Below are positions 9,637-20,591 of a DNA stretch of 64,000 bases, in pieces (within the stretch, counting starts at the first letter, position 1; the number at the start of each line of letters is the position of its first letter). The notes beneath the pieces are model-generated. The model saw nothing but the letters and a program-made list of their open reading frames with translations, was not told where the DNA came from and ran no database searches. The stretch covers positions 2,368,001 through 2,432,000 of the forward strand of contig CAUVXB020000002.1 in the NCBI GenBank assembly GCA_963555825.3, given 5' to 3'. The DNA comes from Alphaproteobacteria bacterium (GTDB taxonomy: Bacteria; Pseudomonadota; Alphaproteobacteria; JAAXGF01). Made by a program: the position numbers and the translations under genes.

Positions 9637-10221
9637 TCAGGGGCGGATGTCGATCGGGGCGCCGTCGGCGACGGCGTACCACAGCTCGCGCATGTCGGCG
9701 GGGGCGAGGCCGATGCAGCCCGCCGTCCAGACGCGCCGGTCGGGCGCGACCTTCGACCAGGGCAGCCCGCCGTAAAGCGCGTGCAGCATGATGCCGCCGC
9801 CCGGATCGACGCCTTCGCGGGCGGCGCGATCGCGGTCGCGGGCGTTGGGATAGGAGACGTGGATCGCGGCGCCGACGCGCTCGCTCAGCCGCCGCCAGTC
9901 GAGCCGGTAGCGCCCCTCGGGCGTCCGGCCGTCGCCCTCGCGGCGCTTGTGGCCGTTGGGGTCGAAGCCGAGCGAGACCGGGTAGCGCTCGACCACCGTG
10001 TCGTCGTGGTAGAGCAGCAGCTCGCGACGCGCCTTGAGGACGACGACGCGGTCGGCCTCGAGCCGCGCGACCGGCGCGAGCATCAGCCCGCCCCATAGCG
10101 CGTGCGTCTCGTGGAGGCGCCAGGCGATGGGCAGCGCGGCGACCAGCGCCGCGAGGCTCAGCAGGATCAATGCGGAGCGGCCCAGCCCAACGCCACGCAA
10201 ACTGCGGCCATACGCTCTCAT
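9637..10221 (-). CDS. L,D-transpeptidase (YkuD) family protein
   Basis: K..EGDGRTPEGRY, SYPN..D, PGGGIMLH, WTAGCI. Confidence 0.85.
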   Translation of the reverse strand: MRAYGRSLRGVGLGRSALILLSLAALVAALPIAWRLHETHALWGGLMLAPVARLEADRVVVLKARRELLLYHDDTVVERYPVSLGFDPNGHKRREGDGRTPEGRYRLDWRRLSERVGAAIHVSYPNARDRDRAAREGVDPGGGIMLHALYGGLPWSKVAPDRRVWTAGCIGLAPADMRELWYAVADGAPIDIRP

Positions 10222-10287
10222 GGCCGCGACGCTAGCGCCCGATTGGGGCAGTAATGTGGTCGGTTCGTGACGCTTTCGGACCGACGG

Positions 10288-10914
10288 TCAGCCGTCTTCG
10301 CGCGCGGCCATGATGCGCGCGACGTCGTGGCCTAGCGGGTCGTCGCGCGCCTCGAGCGCGGCGATCACGCCGGCGCGGTCGGCCGGTTGCTTGTCCTGGC
10401 TCATCTTGAACTTGCCCTCGAGGCGCGTGATCTCGATCTCGAAGGCGACGATGCCGGAGAGCTGCATGTCGCGGAAATCGCCGGGGATGTCGTCGACGCG
10501 CCAGGGCTCGGGCATGACCGCCTCCTGCACCGCCACCAGGTGCTCGATGATCGCCAGCTTGGCGGCGGCGTCGTCGACGATCGCGGGCGTGCCATAGGCG
10601 TGGACGACGGCGTAGTTCCAGGTCGGCACCAGCGGCGTGGTCGCGTACCAGCGCGGCGAGACATAGGCGTGCGGGCCCTGGAATATCGCCAGCGACTCAG
10701 GTCCGTCCCCGAAGCTGCGCCACTGCTTGTTGGCCCGCGACACATGGCCGAGCAGCGTGCCGTTGGCGCCGCGCCCGGGCTCGATCAGCAGCGGCAGGTG
10801 GGTCGCCACCGGCGCGTCGCCCGCCATGGTGACCAGCGTCGCGAAGTCATAGCGGCGCATCAGCGCGTAAAGCATCGCGCGATCGTCCTCGACGAAATGG
10901 GCGGGTCGGTACAT
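10288..10914 (-). CDS. PaiB-family FMN-binding protein
   Basis: MYRPAHF, ATHLPL, GPHAYVSPRWY, VPTWNY, GKFKMSQ. Confidence 0.9.
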   Translation of the reverse strand: MYRPAHFVEDDRAMLYALMRRYDFATLVTMAGDAPVATHLPLLIEPGRGANGTLLGHVSRANKQWRSFGDGPESLAIFQGPHAYVSPRWYATTPLVPTWNYAVVHAYGTPAIVDDAAAKLAIIEHLVAVQEAVMPEPWRVDDIPGDFRDMQLSGIVAFEIEITRLEGKFKMSQDKQPADRAGVIAALEARDDPLGHDVARIMAAREDG

Positions 10915-10995
10915 GGCCGGTCCTTTCAGGAACGAGGATCAAAAAAACGGCCGCCACGACGGGGCGGCGGCCGATCGACGCGTCGTGCAACCCCG

Positions 10996-11778
10996 TCACA
11001 TGCGGCGCTCGACCATCGCCTTCTTGATTTCGCCGATCGCCTTCGCCGGGTTGAGGTTCTTGGGGCAAGTCTTGGTGCAGTTCATGATCGTGTGGCAGCG
11101 ATAGAGCCGGAACGGATCCTCGAGGTCGTCGAGGCGCTCGCCGGTCTGCTCGTCGCGGCTGTCGACGATCCAACGGTAGGCCTGCAGCAGGATCGCCGGC
11201 CCCAGATAGCGCTGGTCGTTCCACCAATAGCTCGGGCAGCTCGTCGAGCAGCAGGCGCACAGGATGCACTCATAGAGCCCGTCGAGCTTGGCGCGGTCCT
11301 CTTTCGACTGCAGCCTTTCGCGGTCGGGCGGCGGCGGCGTGCGGGTCTGCATCCACGGCTTGATCGAGGCGTACTGGGCGTAGAAGTTGGTCAGATCCGG
11401 CACCAGATCCTTGACCACCGGCAGGTGCGGCAGCGGGTAGACCTTGACGTCGCCCTTCACCTCGTCGATCGGCTTGGTGCAGGCCAGCGTGTTGGTGCCG
11501 TCGATGTTCATCGCGCAGGAACCGCAGATGCCCTCGCGGCACGAGCGCCGGAAGGTCAGCGTCGGGTCGACCTCGTTCTTGATCTTGATCAGCGCGTCCA
11601 AGACCATCGGACCGCATTGGTCGTCGTCGATCTCGTAGGTGTCGACGCGCGGGTTCTCGCCGTCCTCGGGTTCCCAACGGTAGACCTTGTAGCGCTTGAC
11701 GTTGGCCGCCTCGCCGGCCGCCTCGTGCGTCTTGCCGGGTCCGATCCTGGAATTGGCCGGCAGCATGAACTCAACCAT
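10996..11778 (-). CDS. sdhB: Succinate dehydrogenase iron-sulfur subunit
   Basis: [40 protein letters not shown]. Confidence 0.97.
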   Translation of the reverse strand: MVEFMLPANSRIGPGKTHEAAGEAANVKRYKVYRWEPEDGENPRVDTYEIDDDQCGPMVLDALIKIKNEVDPTLTFRRSCREGICGSCAMNIDGTNTLACTKPIDEVKGDVKVYPLPHLPVVKDLVPDLTNFYAQYASIKPWMQTRTPPPPDRERLQSKEDRAKLDGLYECILCACCSTSCPSYWWNDQRYLGPAILLQAYRWIVDSRDEQTGERLDDLEDPFRLYRCHTIMNCTKTCPKNLNPAKAIGEIKKAMVERRM

Positions 11779-11820
11779 GTTCTCTTCCCTCGCAATCGCC
11801 CGGCGCGTGCCGGCCGGCCC

Positions 11821-13611
11821 TCAATAGACCCGCGCCTTGGGCGGGAACGTCTCGACGTCGTCGCTCAAGGTATAGAGATGCACCGGCCGGTAGTCGATGG
11901 TGGTCTCGCCGTCGTCGCCGAGCCAGGCGAGCGTGTGCTTCATCCAGTCGACGTCGTCGCGGTCCGGGTAGTCCTCGCGCGCGTGGCCGCCGCGGCTCTC
12001 GGTGCGGTTGTGCGCCGATTCGATGGTCACCAGCGCCTGGCGCATCAGGTTGTCGAGCTCCCAGGTCTCGACCAGGTCAGAGTTCCAGATCATCGAGCGG
12101 TCGGTGACGCCGACATGCGCCATTGTCTTCCAGATCGCGGCCAGCTTCTCGACGCCTTCGCCGAGGATCTCGCCCGAGCGGAACACCGCGCAATAGCTCT
12201 GCATCGCGCGCTGCATGTCGAGCCGGATCTGGGCGGTCGGCAGGTCGCCGTCGGCGTGGCGCAACGTGTCGAAGCGCGTCAGCACCGCATCGGCGGCATC
12301 GCCGGGTAGCTGTTTGTGCTTCTGTCCGGGTTTGACCAGCTCGGCGGCGCGCAACGCCGCGGCGCGGCCGAAGACGACGATGTCCAAGAGCGAGTTCGAA
12401 CCCAGCCGGTTGGCGCCGTGGACCGAGACGCAGGCCGCCTCGCCGATCGCCATCAGGCCGGGCACCACCGCGTCCGGGTCGCCGTCGCGCAACGTCACGA
12501 CCTCGCCGTGGTAGTTGGTCGGGATGCCGCCCATGTTGTAGTGCACCGTCGGCAGCACCGGGATCGGCGCCTCGGTGACGTCGACGCCGGCAAAGATCTT
12601 GGCGGTCTCCGAGATGCCCGGCAGCCGCTCGGCCAAGAGATCGGCGCCGAGATGCTCGAGGTGCAGGTGGATGTGGTCGGCCTCTGGGCCGACGCCGCGT
12701 CCCTCGCGAATCTCGATGGTCATCGCCCGGCTGACGACGTCGCGCGAAGCGAGGTCCTTGGCGGTCGGCGCATAGCGCTCCATGAAGCGCTCGCCCTCGG
12801 AATTGGTCAGATAGCCGCCCTCGCCGCGCGAGCCCTCGGTGATCAGGCAGCCCGAGCCGTAGATGCCGGTCGGGTGGAACTGGACGAACTCCATGTCCTG
12901 CAGCGGCAGGCCGGCGCGCAGCACCATGGCGTTGCCGTCGCCCGTGCAGGTATGCGCCGAGGTGCAGGAGAAGAAGGTCCGGCCGTAGCCGCCGGTCGCC
13001 AGCACGACGATATGGGCGCGGAACAGGTGAATCGTGCCGTCGTCGAGGTTCCACGCCATGACGCCGCGGCAGACGCCCTCGTCGTCCATGATCAAGTCGA
13101 GCGCAAAATACTCGATGAAGAACTCGGCGTCGTGCTTGAGCGACTGCTGATAGAGCGTGTGCAGGATGGCGTGGCCGGTGCGGTCGGCGGCGGCGCAGGT
13201 GCGCATCGCCTGACCCTCGCCGTAACGCGTGCTCATGCCGCCGAAGGCGCGCTGGTAGATGCGGCCGTCCGCGGTGCGCGAGAAGGGCACGCCGAAATGC
13301 TCGAGCTCGATGACCGCGGGCATCGCCTCGCGGCACATGTATTCGATGGCGTCCTGATCGCCCAGCCAGTCGGAGCCCTTGACCGTGTCGTACATGTGCC
13401 AGCGCCAGTCGTCTTCGCCCATGTTGCCGAGTGCTGCGCTCATGCCGCCCTGGGCGGCGACGGTGTGGCTGCGCGTCGGGAACACCTTGGTGATGCAGGC
13501 GGTCGACAGGCCGGCAACGGCCATGCCCATGGTCGCGCGCAGGCCGGCGCCGCCGGCGCCGACGATGACGACGTCGTAGCTGTGCTCGACGATTGGATAG
13601 GCGTCGCTCAT
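11821..13611 (-). CDS. sdhA: Succinate dehydrogenase flavoprotein subunit
   Basis: [36 protein letters not shown]; start MSDAYP at 13611. Confidence 0.97.
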   Translation of the reverse strand: MSDAYPIVEHSYDVVIVGAGGAGLRATMGMAVAGLSTACITKVFPTRSHTVAAQGGMSAALGNMGEDDWRWHMYDTVKGSDWLGDQDAIEYMCREAMPAVIELEHFGVPFSRTADGRIYQRAFGGMSTRYGEGQAMRTCAAADRTGHAILHTLYQQSLKHDAEFFIEYFALDLIMDDEGVCRGVMAWNLDDGTIHLFRAHIVVLATGGYGRTFFSCTSAHTCTGDGNAMVLRAGLPLQDMEFVQFHPTGIYGSGCLITEGSRGEGGYLTNSEGERFMERYAPTAKDLASRDVVSRAMTIEIREGRGVGPEADHIHLHLEHLGADLLAERLPGISETAKIFAGVDVTEAPIPVLPTVHYNMGGIPTNYHGEVVTLRDGDPDAVVPGLMAIGEAACVSVHGANRLGSNSLLDIVVFGRAAALRAAELVKPGQKHKQLPGDAADAVLTRFDTLRHADGDLPTAQIRLDMQRAMQSYCAVFRSGEILGEGVEKLAAIWKTMAHVGVTDRSMIWNSDLVETWELDNLMRQALVTIESAHNRTESRGGHAREDYPDRDDVDWMKHTLAWLGDDGETTIDYRPVHLYTLSDDVETFPPKARVY

Positions 13612-13619
13612 GGCCCTGG

Positions 13620-14000
13620 CTAGCCTCCGAACGCGAGCTTGAGCACGGCGAAGATCGCGGCCATGCCGAGCGCGAAGCTGCCGAGCGCGAGCGAGACCAG
13701 CAGAAGGGTCTTGGCGCCCTCGTGGTGAACGTAATCCTCGATTACCACCTGCATGCCGAGCTTCATATGATAGAAGCCGGCAACGATGAACAAGAGCAGG
13801 GTGACGGCGACCAGCGGGTTGCCCATCAGCTTGACGGCGCGCGCGTGGTCGGCGCCGACGAAGGCGAAGACGAAGACGACGAACAGGAAGCTCAAGGGGA
13901 TCAGGGCGACGGCGGTCAGGCGCTGCGCCCACCAGTGGCCGGTGCCCTCCTTGGCGCTGCCCAGACCGGCGACGCGGCCGAGTGGGGTCTTGAGGCTCAT
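13620..14000 (-). CDS. sdhD: Succinate dehydrogenase hydrophobic anchor subunit
   Basis: [32 protein letters not shown]. Confidence 0.95.
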   Translation of the reverse strand: MSLKTPLGRVAGLGSAKEGTGHWWAQRLTAVALIPLSFLFVVFVFAFVGADHARAVKLMGNPLVAVTLLLFIVAGFYHMKLGMQVVIEDYVHHEGAKTLLLVSLALGSFALGMAAIFAVLKLAFGG

Positions 14001-14001
14001 G

Positions 14002-14391
14002 TCAGCCCGCCACCGCCAGGCCGACGATCCAAGCCGACGCCGTCAGCACCGCCGTGGCGGCGAGAACGGTCCAGCCCGAGCGGTAGACGGTCTCGATCTC
14101 GTAGCCCAGGCCGACGTCCCAGAACAGGTGCCGGATGCCGTTACAGAGGTGATAGAAGAGCGACACCGAGAAGCCGAACAGCACCAGATAGCCGAACCAC
14201 GAGCCATAGATCGATCGCGTGAACTGATAGGCGTCGGGCCCCATCGCGGCGGCGATCAGCCACCAAGTCAGGAACAGCGTGCCGACCGCGAGGCCGACGC
14301 CGGTGAACCGGTGAGTGATCGAGAGGACCATGGTGAGCTGCGGCTTGTAGATCTCCAGGTGCGGTGAAAGAGGACGCTCCCCCTGAGCCAT
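14002..14391 (-). CDS. sdhC: Succinate dehydrogenase cytochrome b556 subunit
   Basis: RPLSPHL.IY, SITHRFTG, HLCNGIRHLFWD. Confidence 0.95.
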   Translation of the reverse strand: MAQGERPLSPHLEIYKPQLTMVLSITHRFTGVGLAVGTLFLTWWLIAAAMGPDAYQFTRSIYGSWFGYLVLFGFSVSLFYHLCNGIRHLFWDVGLGYEIETVYRSGWTVLAATAVLTASAWIVGLAVAG

Positions 14392-14656
14392 GTTTTTCGC
14401 CCTTTGAACTACGCCACGCGCCCCACGCCGCGCGCTGCGGTCATAGTAGACGCTTGACCTTGCAAGTCAATCGCGCCCACGGCGCGGCGCGCGTCGAACG
14501 ACGATCGGTATACAGGACGGCACAAAATTCGACGCCTGTGCAAAACCCCGTTAACCTGCGTGTGGCCTAACCGGAACCCACCGGGCGCGCGCCCGTATTC
14601 GGTGACGATCGACGCGTTCACGCCAATGCGACGGCGGCCGGCCGAACTCTCGAGAA

Positions 14657-16310
14657 GGGTGCGAGTCTCGCATGGCAGTGATGTCTGCGGCTTGGTTCGT
14701 TGAGTTCAGGCAGCGATTGCCATGGCTGCTGCACGTGGACTGATGTTGTCGTTGGCCGGTGTGTCGGTTGCGCTGATCAGGGCCTTCCATGCCCGCTCGA
14801 AGCGGCCGGATTTGATCAGGGCGCGGAAGGTCAGAACAGCCTGTCCGCCGACGATCCGCCAGCGCATGCCGGAGCGCTTCATGCGCTGTGTCACCAGGGT
14901 CTTGTTGGCAGCTTCGACCACGCCTGAGCCGATGGCGATGCCCTCTTCCTTCAGGGCGTGGTAGCGCATGCGATGGCGATGCTTGCGGAAGAAGGCGAGT
15001 TCCCGCTCGGTCTCGGCCCGGTCCGGCGCAGCGGCGGCATCGCGAAGGTGGCGCAGCGCCCGGATCACCTTGGCGACGCCACGGGGATCGTGACGGAGGA
15101 TCTCGCGGTACTTCTCGAACCAGCCGGGCGCCACGGCATGGTCGGACGCGGTTTGCAGATGTTCGCAAGCATGCCAGAAGTCGATCACCTCGGTTTCGGG
15201 CGACAGGGTCTCCAGGAAGGTCCAGTTGTCGGCGGCGCCATCGGCGATAGCGACGATCCCGATCTCGGGGCGTGCTCGCCTGATGTGTGCGACTTCGCTT
15301 GCAAGCTGCGCCTTCAGCGTGAGCTTGCCGCTCTCCGGCATGCGGCCGAGATAGAGGGTCTTCAGGCGCTTGCCCTCGGCGTCGTGGAAGGAGACCGTGC
15401 CGCAGGCAGCCTCGCGCCAGGAGGCCTTGGCGCGACCGTCCTCGCCGGGTCTCAGCGGCACCATGACGCCGTCGAGGGAGACCGAGGCGGTGGTCGCGTC
15501 CTGCGGTATGCCCTCGGCCTCACGGATGCTGCCCAGCGTCTCCGGGCCGAGGCTCTCCCAGCATTCGTGCATGCTCAGGGTCAGGCGCTGCAGGGTGCTC
15601 ACCGACGGCGTCATGGCGCCGGTCTTCGCAAAGAACGCCGCCGCTTCCCGGGCCGTGCAGTGACCCATCATCAGCAGACCGAGCTCGGCCGCCGGCCGCG
15701 TCAGGTAATCGTCGACGAGGCCCAGGCTCTCGTCGACCGGCACCGGCGATGCCCCGCTCGCGCCGCTGCGGTAACGCGCTCGCCGGTAGGTCACCGGACC
15801 GAGCGAGGTCATGATCGTCTTCGGCGTCACCGCGACCCGGAACCAGCTCTGCCCGTCCCGCTCGATCCGGGAAGCGCCATCGTCCCGGTTCTCGATGACG
15901 GCGCCCATGACATCGCGAGCGAACTCGTTCGTGGCCTCACGCACCCGCAACTCGACCTCCTCGGGCGCCTCGGGGCGCGGCTCGGAACGAAGCTCCTCGC
16001 GACACAGTGCGAGCACCCGGGCGGCCGCCTCGACGACCCGAGGAGGCAGGCCGGAAAGATCGATGGACGAAGGCGCCGGAGGCGGGGATACTGCCATGGG
16101 AATGCTCCCGATGTTGGGTTTCGAGACACGGCATCGTACCGCTTCTGGCGGTGCGGAGCGTTCCCACCTTCCCCTGCTCGACCCTGCCGTCGTGACAAAA
16201 TCCTGCCTTGGAGCGGCCCATTGTCACGAATAGCCGATTTCGGCCGTTCGTCTCGACACAAAAAACGCACTAAATCAATGACTTAGATTTTCCATACCAG
16301 ACCCACACCC
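14657..16310 (-). mobile_element. ISKra4/ISLre2-like insertion sequence (transposase 14706-16097)
   Basis: DDE motifs SLDG, IADGA..NW, DFWHACEHL, IGSGVVEAANK; imperfect IR GGGTGCGAGTCT/AGACCCACACCC; 8-bp TSD CTCGAGAA at 14649-14656 and 16311-16318. Confidence 0.85.
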
Positions 16311-16458
16311 CTCGAGAAGGTTCGACGTCGATCGAGGAGGATGGTCTCTGGTAAAGAAACGTCACACGGCCGCGAGAACGCAAATTGGTCCCCATGGTCG
16401 GATAGGCGGCAACCGCCGACACGCGCCGCCTGGCAGTACGGCGACGCGGCATTCCGGG

Positions 16459-17106
16459 ATGCGTTGTATCGGCGTGGTGGCCCGCCTCTTCCTGCTGCTG
16501 GCCGTTGTCGCGACCTGGAGCGGCGCTGGCGGCGTCACCGACGCCTCGGCGCAGACCGGCGCGGCGTCGCTGTTCATTCGCCAGTTCGGCGACGAGGCGG
16601 TCACGACGCTTCAGTCGACGGGGCTCTCGCTCGAGGAGCGCGAGGCCCGCTTCCAAAGGATACTGCGCAACGGCTTCGACTTGCCCTTCATCGGCCGCTT
16701 CGTGCTCGGCCGCTATTGGAAGCAAATCAATGCCGAGCAGCAGAGCGACTACCTGATCCTGTTCAGCGAGTACGTTGTGCAGATTTACTCGGCGCGGCTC
16801 GGCGGCTACGCGGGCGAAACGCTCGCCGTCGTCGCCGAGCGCCCCGCCGGCAGCAAGGACGTCGTCGTGATGACGCGCATCGACCGACCGAGCGGGCCAC
16901 CGATCATGGCCGACTGGCGCGTGCGCATCGCCAACAACCAGCTGCGCATCATCGACGTCTCGGTCGAGGGCGTCAGCTTGGTGGTGACCCAGCGTTCGGA
17001 ATTCGCGTCGGTCATCCAGCGCAACGGCGTCGAGGGCCTGATCGAGGTGCTGCGCGCGCGTACCACCAAGCTGCCGATTTCGGCGGCGAAAACCGCGACA
17101 CGGTGA
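16459..17106 (+). CDS. mlaC: MlaC/Ttg2D phospholipid-binding protein
   Basis: Signal peptide, FDLPFIGRFVLGRYW, IIDVSVEGVSLVVTQRSEF. Confidence 0.85.
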   Translation: MRCIGVVARLFLLLAVVATWSGAGGVTDASAQTGAASLFIRQFGDEAVTTLQSTGLSLEEREARFQRILRNGFDLPFIGRFVLGRYWKQINAEQQSDYLILFSEYVVQIYSARLGGYAGETLAVVAERPAGSKDVVVMTRIDRPSGPPIMADWRVRIANNQLRIIDVSVEGVSLVVTQRSEFASVIQRNGVEGLIEVLRARTTKLPISAAKTATR

Positions 17107-17193
17107 GTCGCGGACGCCGGCTCCGGGTTCAGCGCGCCACGTCTCGGCCCATCGCTCGGGACTTGGCCGAGCCGCCCGCCAAATAGCAACCCG

Positions 17194-17691
17194 TTAGCGC
17201 AGCTTCCCGCCGAGCGTTTTCTCGTAGGCGATTTCGTAGGCGCGATAGCCGAGATGCTCGTAGACGGCGCGGGCATCGGCGTTCGCGGCGAGCGAGATGA
17301 GACGGACGCGCGCGAAACCGAGCCCGGCGAGATAGGCCTCGGCGGCGGCGATCAGGGCGCCGCCGACGCCCTGGCCGCGCTCGGCCGCGGCGACGAAGAC
17401 ATCGGCGATGTAGCCGTGCGGCCGGGTCTCGGCGTGGATCATTTCGTCGGCGTCGTGATCGGCCCAGCAGCAGACGAAGCCGACCGGGGCGCCGGTGTGC
17501 TCGGCGACCAGGATCGCGCCCCGCTTGGCCGCCACCTCGCGCTCGAGGATGGCCAGATAATCGGCGGCGATCTCGGCGCCGGGTCGGCGGTTCGGGTGCA
17601 GCGTCGTCTCGAAATCCTGGAACGCCGTTATCATGGCGATCAACGCGGCGCGGTCGGCGGCTGTCGCCTGTCTTATCGACGGATCGGACAT
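17194..17691 (-). CDS. GNAT N-acetyltransferase
   Basis: VFV...RGQGVGGAL, N..ARAVYEHLGY. Confidence 0.85.
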   Translation of the reverse strand: MSDPSIRQATAADRAALIAMITAFQDFETTLHPNRRPGAEIAADYLAILEREVAAKRGAILVAEHTGAPVGFVCCWADHDADEMIHAETRPHGYIADVFVAAAERGQGVGGALIAAAEAYLAGLGFARVRLISLAANADARAVYEHLGYRAYEIAYEKTLGGKLR

Positions 17692-17703
17692 CCCGGCCGC
17701 CGA

Positions 17704-18759
17704 TTATGTCCGGCGCGGCATCAGCACCGTGTAGTCGAGGTCGAGGACGACGGCGCCGTGGTAGTCGCCGTCGGTCGACCGGCCGGGGAAGTCGGCGCAG
17801 GCGTGGTCCTTGGTCGCTACCGTGCGCAGACGCAGCGCGCCGAGGTCGTCGCGGTCGGGCAGCGCCTCGCTCTCCAACACCTCGGACCAGGCATACAGCG
17901 TGTCGCCGGCATAGGCCGGCGCGACGTGACGTCCGCCGTTGATGGCGGCGATACGCAGGCCGCCCGCGAGGCCGTTAAACGACAGCGCGCGGGCGATGCT
18001 GATGACGTGGCCGCCGTAAATCAGGCGGCGCCCGAAGCGGGTGTCCTTGGCGGCGTGGGCGTCGAAGTGGACGCGCGCGGTGTTCTGATAGAGCCGCGTC
18101 GCCATCATGTGCTCGGCCTCTTCGAGCGTCATGCCGTCGACGTGGTCGATGCGCTCGCCGGCCATGTAGTCGTCCCAAAGATGCGCCGAGCCAGCCAGCC
18201 CGGTGTCGTAGCCGGCAGCATCGAGACCGCGCGGCACCATGATCTCGTCGACCGCCACGCGGGCCGGCAGCTCGGGCACTTGCGGCTCGGGCGCCGGCGA
18301 CGCCGGGTCGCGCTTGTTGACCATCACCCAGCGGATGTAATCGAGCACCGCCTCGCCGTCCTGGTTGCGTCCGGTCGAGCGCACATAGACGGTGCCCGTC
18401 TTGCCGTTCGAGTTCTCCTTGACGCCGATCACCGCGCTGGTCGTCACCAGCGTGTCGCCGGGATAGACCGGGCTGAGAAATCGGCAATCGGCGTAGCCCA
18501 GGTTGGCGACGGCGTTGAGCGAGACGTCGGCGACCGTCCTGCCGAAGACGATGTTGAACACCAGCAGGTCGTCGAGCGGCGCGCGCGGCAGGCCGAGCGA
18601 CTGGGCGAAGCGATCCGAGCTGTGCAGCGCGAAGCGCGCGCCGGTGAGCGCGATGTAGAGCGCGACATCGCCCTCGGTGACCGTGCGCGGCGTCGCGTGG
18701 CGCAGCGTCTGGCCGACCTCGAAGTCCTCGAAGAAATTGCCGAGAGCCGTCTTGCTCAT
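17704..18759 (-). CDS. mch: Double-MaoC dehydratase, mesaconyl-CoA hydratase-like
   Basis: GNFFEDF..GQTLRHATPRT, SLNAVANLGYA, YQNTARVHF, YGGHVISIARALSFNG; coupled to an mcl-like gene. Confidence 0.8.
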   Translation of the reverse strand: MSKTALGNFFEDFEVGQTLRHATPRTVTEGDVALYIALTGARFALHSSDRFAQSLGLPRAPLDDLLVFNIVFGRTVADVSLNAVANLGYADCRFLSPVYPGDTLVTTSAVIGVKENSNGKTGTVYVRSTGRNQDGEAVLDYIRWVMVNKRDPASPAPEPQVPELPARVAVDEIMVPRGLDAAGYDTGLAGSAHLWDDYMAGERIDHVDGMTLEEAEHMMATRLYQNTARVHFDAHAAKDTRFGRRLIYGGHVISIARALSFNGLAGGLRIAAINGGRHVAPAYAGDTLYAWSEVLESEALPDRDDLGALRLRTVATKDHACADFPGRSTDGDYHGAVVLDLDYTVLMPRRT

Positions 18760-19643
18760 GACGCGGCGGCAGCCTCCATCTCGGCGATCGCCTCGGCCTG
18801 CGCGACCTGGCGGCGCGCCGCCTCGACGTGCAGGTTCTCGATCAGCCGGCCGTCGACCAGCACGATGCCCCTGCCCTCGGCCTCGGCCTCGGCGTGGGCG
18901 CCGATGATCTTGCGCGACCAGGCGATCTCGTCGTCGGACGGCGCGAAGGCCTGATTCGCCGCGGCGATCGTCTTCGGGTGGATCAGCGTCTTGCCGTCGA
19001 AGCCGAGCTCGACGCCCTGGCGGCAGGAATAGACGAAGCCCTCGTCGTCGGCGAGGTCGAGATGGACGCCGTCGAGAATCGCGACGCCGTGGGCCCGCGC
19101 GGCCAGCAGACACAGCTCGAGGCTGGTCAGCATCGGCAGTCGCTCGCGCGTATGCGCCGCGTGCAGGTCCTTGGCGAGGTCCGAGGTGCCCATCACCAGG
19201 CAGGCGACGCGCGCATCCGCGCCGGCGACCTCGTCGGCGCGCAGCATGCCCTTCGGCGTCTCCATCATGCACCAAATATCGAGCGTGTCTGGCGCGCCCG
19301 CCGCGCTCAGCGCGGCGATCGCATCGGCGACCATTCGGGCGCTCTCGACCTTGGGCAGCAGCACCGCGTCGGCGCCGCTGGTCGCCGCGGCGGCGAGGTC
19401 GTCGGGGCCCCACGGCGAGTCCAACCCGTTGGTCCGGATGACCAGCTCGCGGCGGCCGTAGCCGCCGGCCGCGACCGCCTCGCAGACCCGTGCGCGCGCC
19501 AGCTCCTTGGCGTCGGGCGCGACGGCGTCCTCAAGGTCGAGGATCAACCCATCGGCGGGCAGGCTGCGGCCCTTCTCGAGCGCCCGGGCGTTCGAGCCCG
19601 GCATGTACAAGACGCTGCGGCGCGGACGAGACGTTCGCGACAT
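18756..19643 (-). CDS. mcl: Malyl-CoA/beta-methylmalyl-CoA lyase-like CoA ester lyase
   Basis: RRSVLYMPGSN.RALEK, DLEDAV, MGTSDL, GFDGKTLIHP, IENLH. Confidence 0.75.
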   Translation of the reverse strand: MSRTSRPRRSVLYMPGSNARALEKGRSLPADGLILDLEDAVAPDAKELARARVCEAVAAGGYGRRELVIRTNGLDSPWGPDDLAAAATSGADAVLLPKVESARMVADAIAALSAAGAPDTLDIWCMMETPKGMLRADEVAGADARVACLVMGTSDLAKDLHAAHTRERLPMLTSLELCLLAARAHGVAILDGVHLDLADDEGFVYSCRQGVELGFDGKTLIHPKTIAAANQAFAPSDDEIAWSRKIIGAHAEAEAEGRGIVLVDGRLIENLHVEAARRQVAQAEAIAEMEAAAAS

Positions 19644-19720
19644 CGGTTGCCCCCCCCCCATCGGCGTTCAAGGCGCGCTAACCTACAGGCCCCGCCTGGC
19701 GCGCGCAAACGGCTTGGCGG

Positions 19721-20044
19721 CTAGAGCGCCAGATGGACACGCAGGACCTGGTCGAGCGCCGCGATGTCGGCGGCGGGCACCGACCCAATGGCCCGGCCCA
19801 AGAGGCGTGATTTGGCGACCGTCCTGACTCGGTCGCCGAGCGCCTTCGACGTGACGCCATCGACGGTGACGATCACCTGCGACGGGCTGACGCGGCTGAC
19901 GTTGGTGGTCAACGGGACGACGGTGATCGAGCGCAGCGCGCGGTTCACCGCGTCGCTGGAGACGATGATGGCGGGCCGGGTCTTGCGTTTCTCGACGCCC
20001 TCGGTCGGGTCTAGGCGAACCCAGAAGACCTCGCCGCGCCTCAC
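19721..20044 (-). CDS. MazF/PemK-family toxin
   Basis: RGEVFWVRLDPTEG.E..KTRPAIIVS, VVPLT. Confidence 0.85.
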   Translation of the reverse strand: MRRGEVFWVRLDPTEGVEKRKTRPAIIVSSDAVNRALRSITVVPLTTNVSRVSPSQVIVTVDGVTSKALGDRVRTVAKSRLLGRAIGSVPAADIAALDQVLRVHLAL

Positions 20045-20340
20045 CGCTCGGCAGTGCCCATCTTGTCGTACCAGGCGTCGGGCCAGCGCGCCTCGCCGGG
20101 CTCCGGCTCGAGCGCCAGTTCGCCCGCCAGCCAGTCATCGAGCTCGGCGGCCTCGGCGCCACCCTCGGCGCCGTCGAGCCACGCGGCGTAGGCTTGGTAT
20201 GCGCCCTCGAGATCGTCGGGCAGACGAAGGTGTGGCGTCACGTGCCGCTCGATGAACGCGGCGATGCGACCCGGTCCGACCTGCTGATGCAGCGCGGCAT
20301 AGACCTCGGTGCTTACGGTGATGGTCAACTTCTTGGTCAT
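20041..20340 (-). CDS. Cognate antitoxin
   Basis: KKLTITV..EVY..L...VG.GRI..FIE; acidic C-terminus; 4-bp overlap with the toxin. Confidence 0.75.
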   Translation of the reverse strand: MTKKLTITVSTEVYAALHQQVGPGRIAAFIERHVTPHLRLPDDLEGAYQAYAAWLDGAEGGAEAAELDDWLAGELALEPEPGEARWPDAWYDKMGTAER

Positions 20341-20363
20341 GTTATACGTATGATACGTATAAC
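20341..20363. promoter_or_regulatory. Palindromic operator of the TA operon
   Basis: GTTATACGTAT-G-ATACGTATAAC, a perfect 11-bp IR abutting the antitoxin start codon. Confidence 0.65.
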
Positions 20364-20591
20364 TCTGCCGATATTCAAGAGGCCGGTCGTCCGAAAACGG
20401 TCATCGTTCTGGTGCGGCCATTGAGTCCGGGTGTAGCCGACATTCACGGAGATGCCCGGCAAGACTCGGAACGACCGCGTTGGCCCCTTATGGGACGTTC
20501 ATGATCGAAGGCTCGAACGTCGGATTTCGAATCGCAAAGCGGCCATCCAAATACAGGGAGTAGTGAAGCTGCTGAGTGCAAGGGGCGTACA

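Noticed and set aside
11821-19413. Extended N-termini for sdhA (703 aa) and mch (569 aa) in the ORF track
   Set aside because: The extensions overlap upstream genes in another frame; the likely starts are 13611 and 18759.
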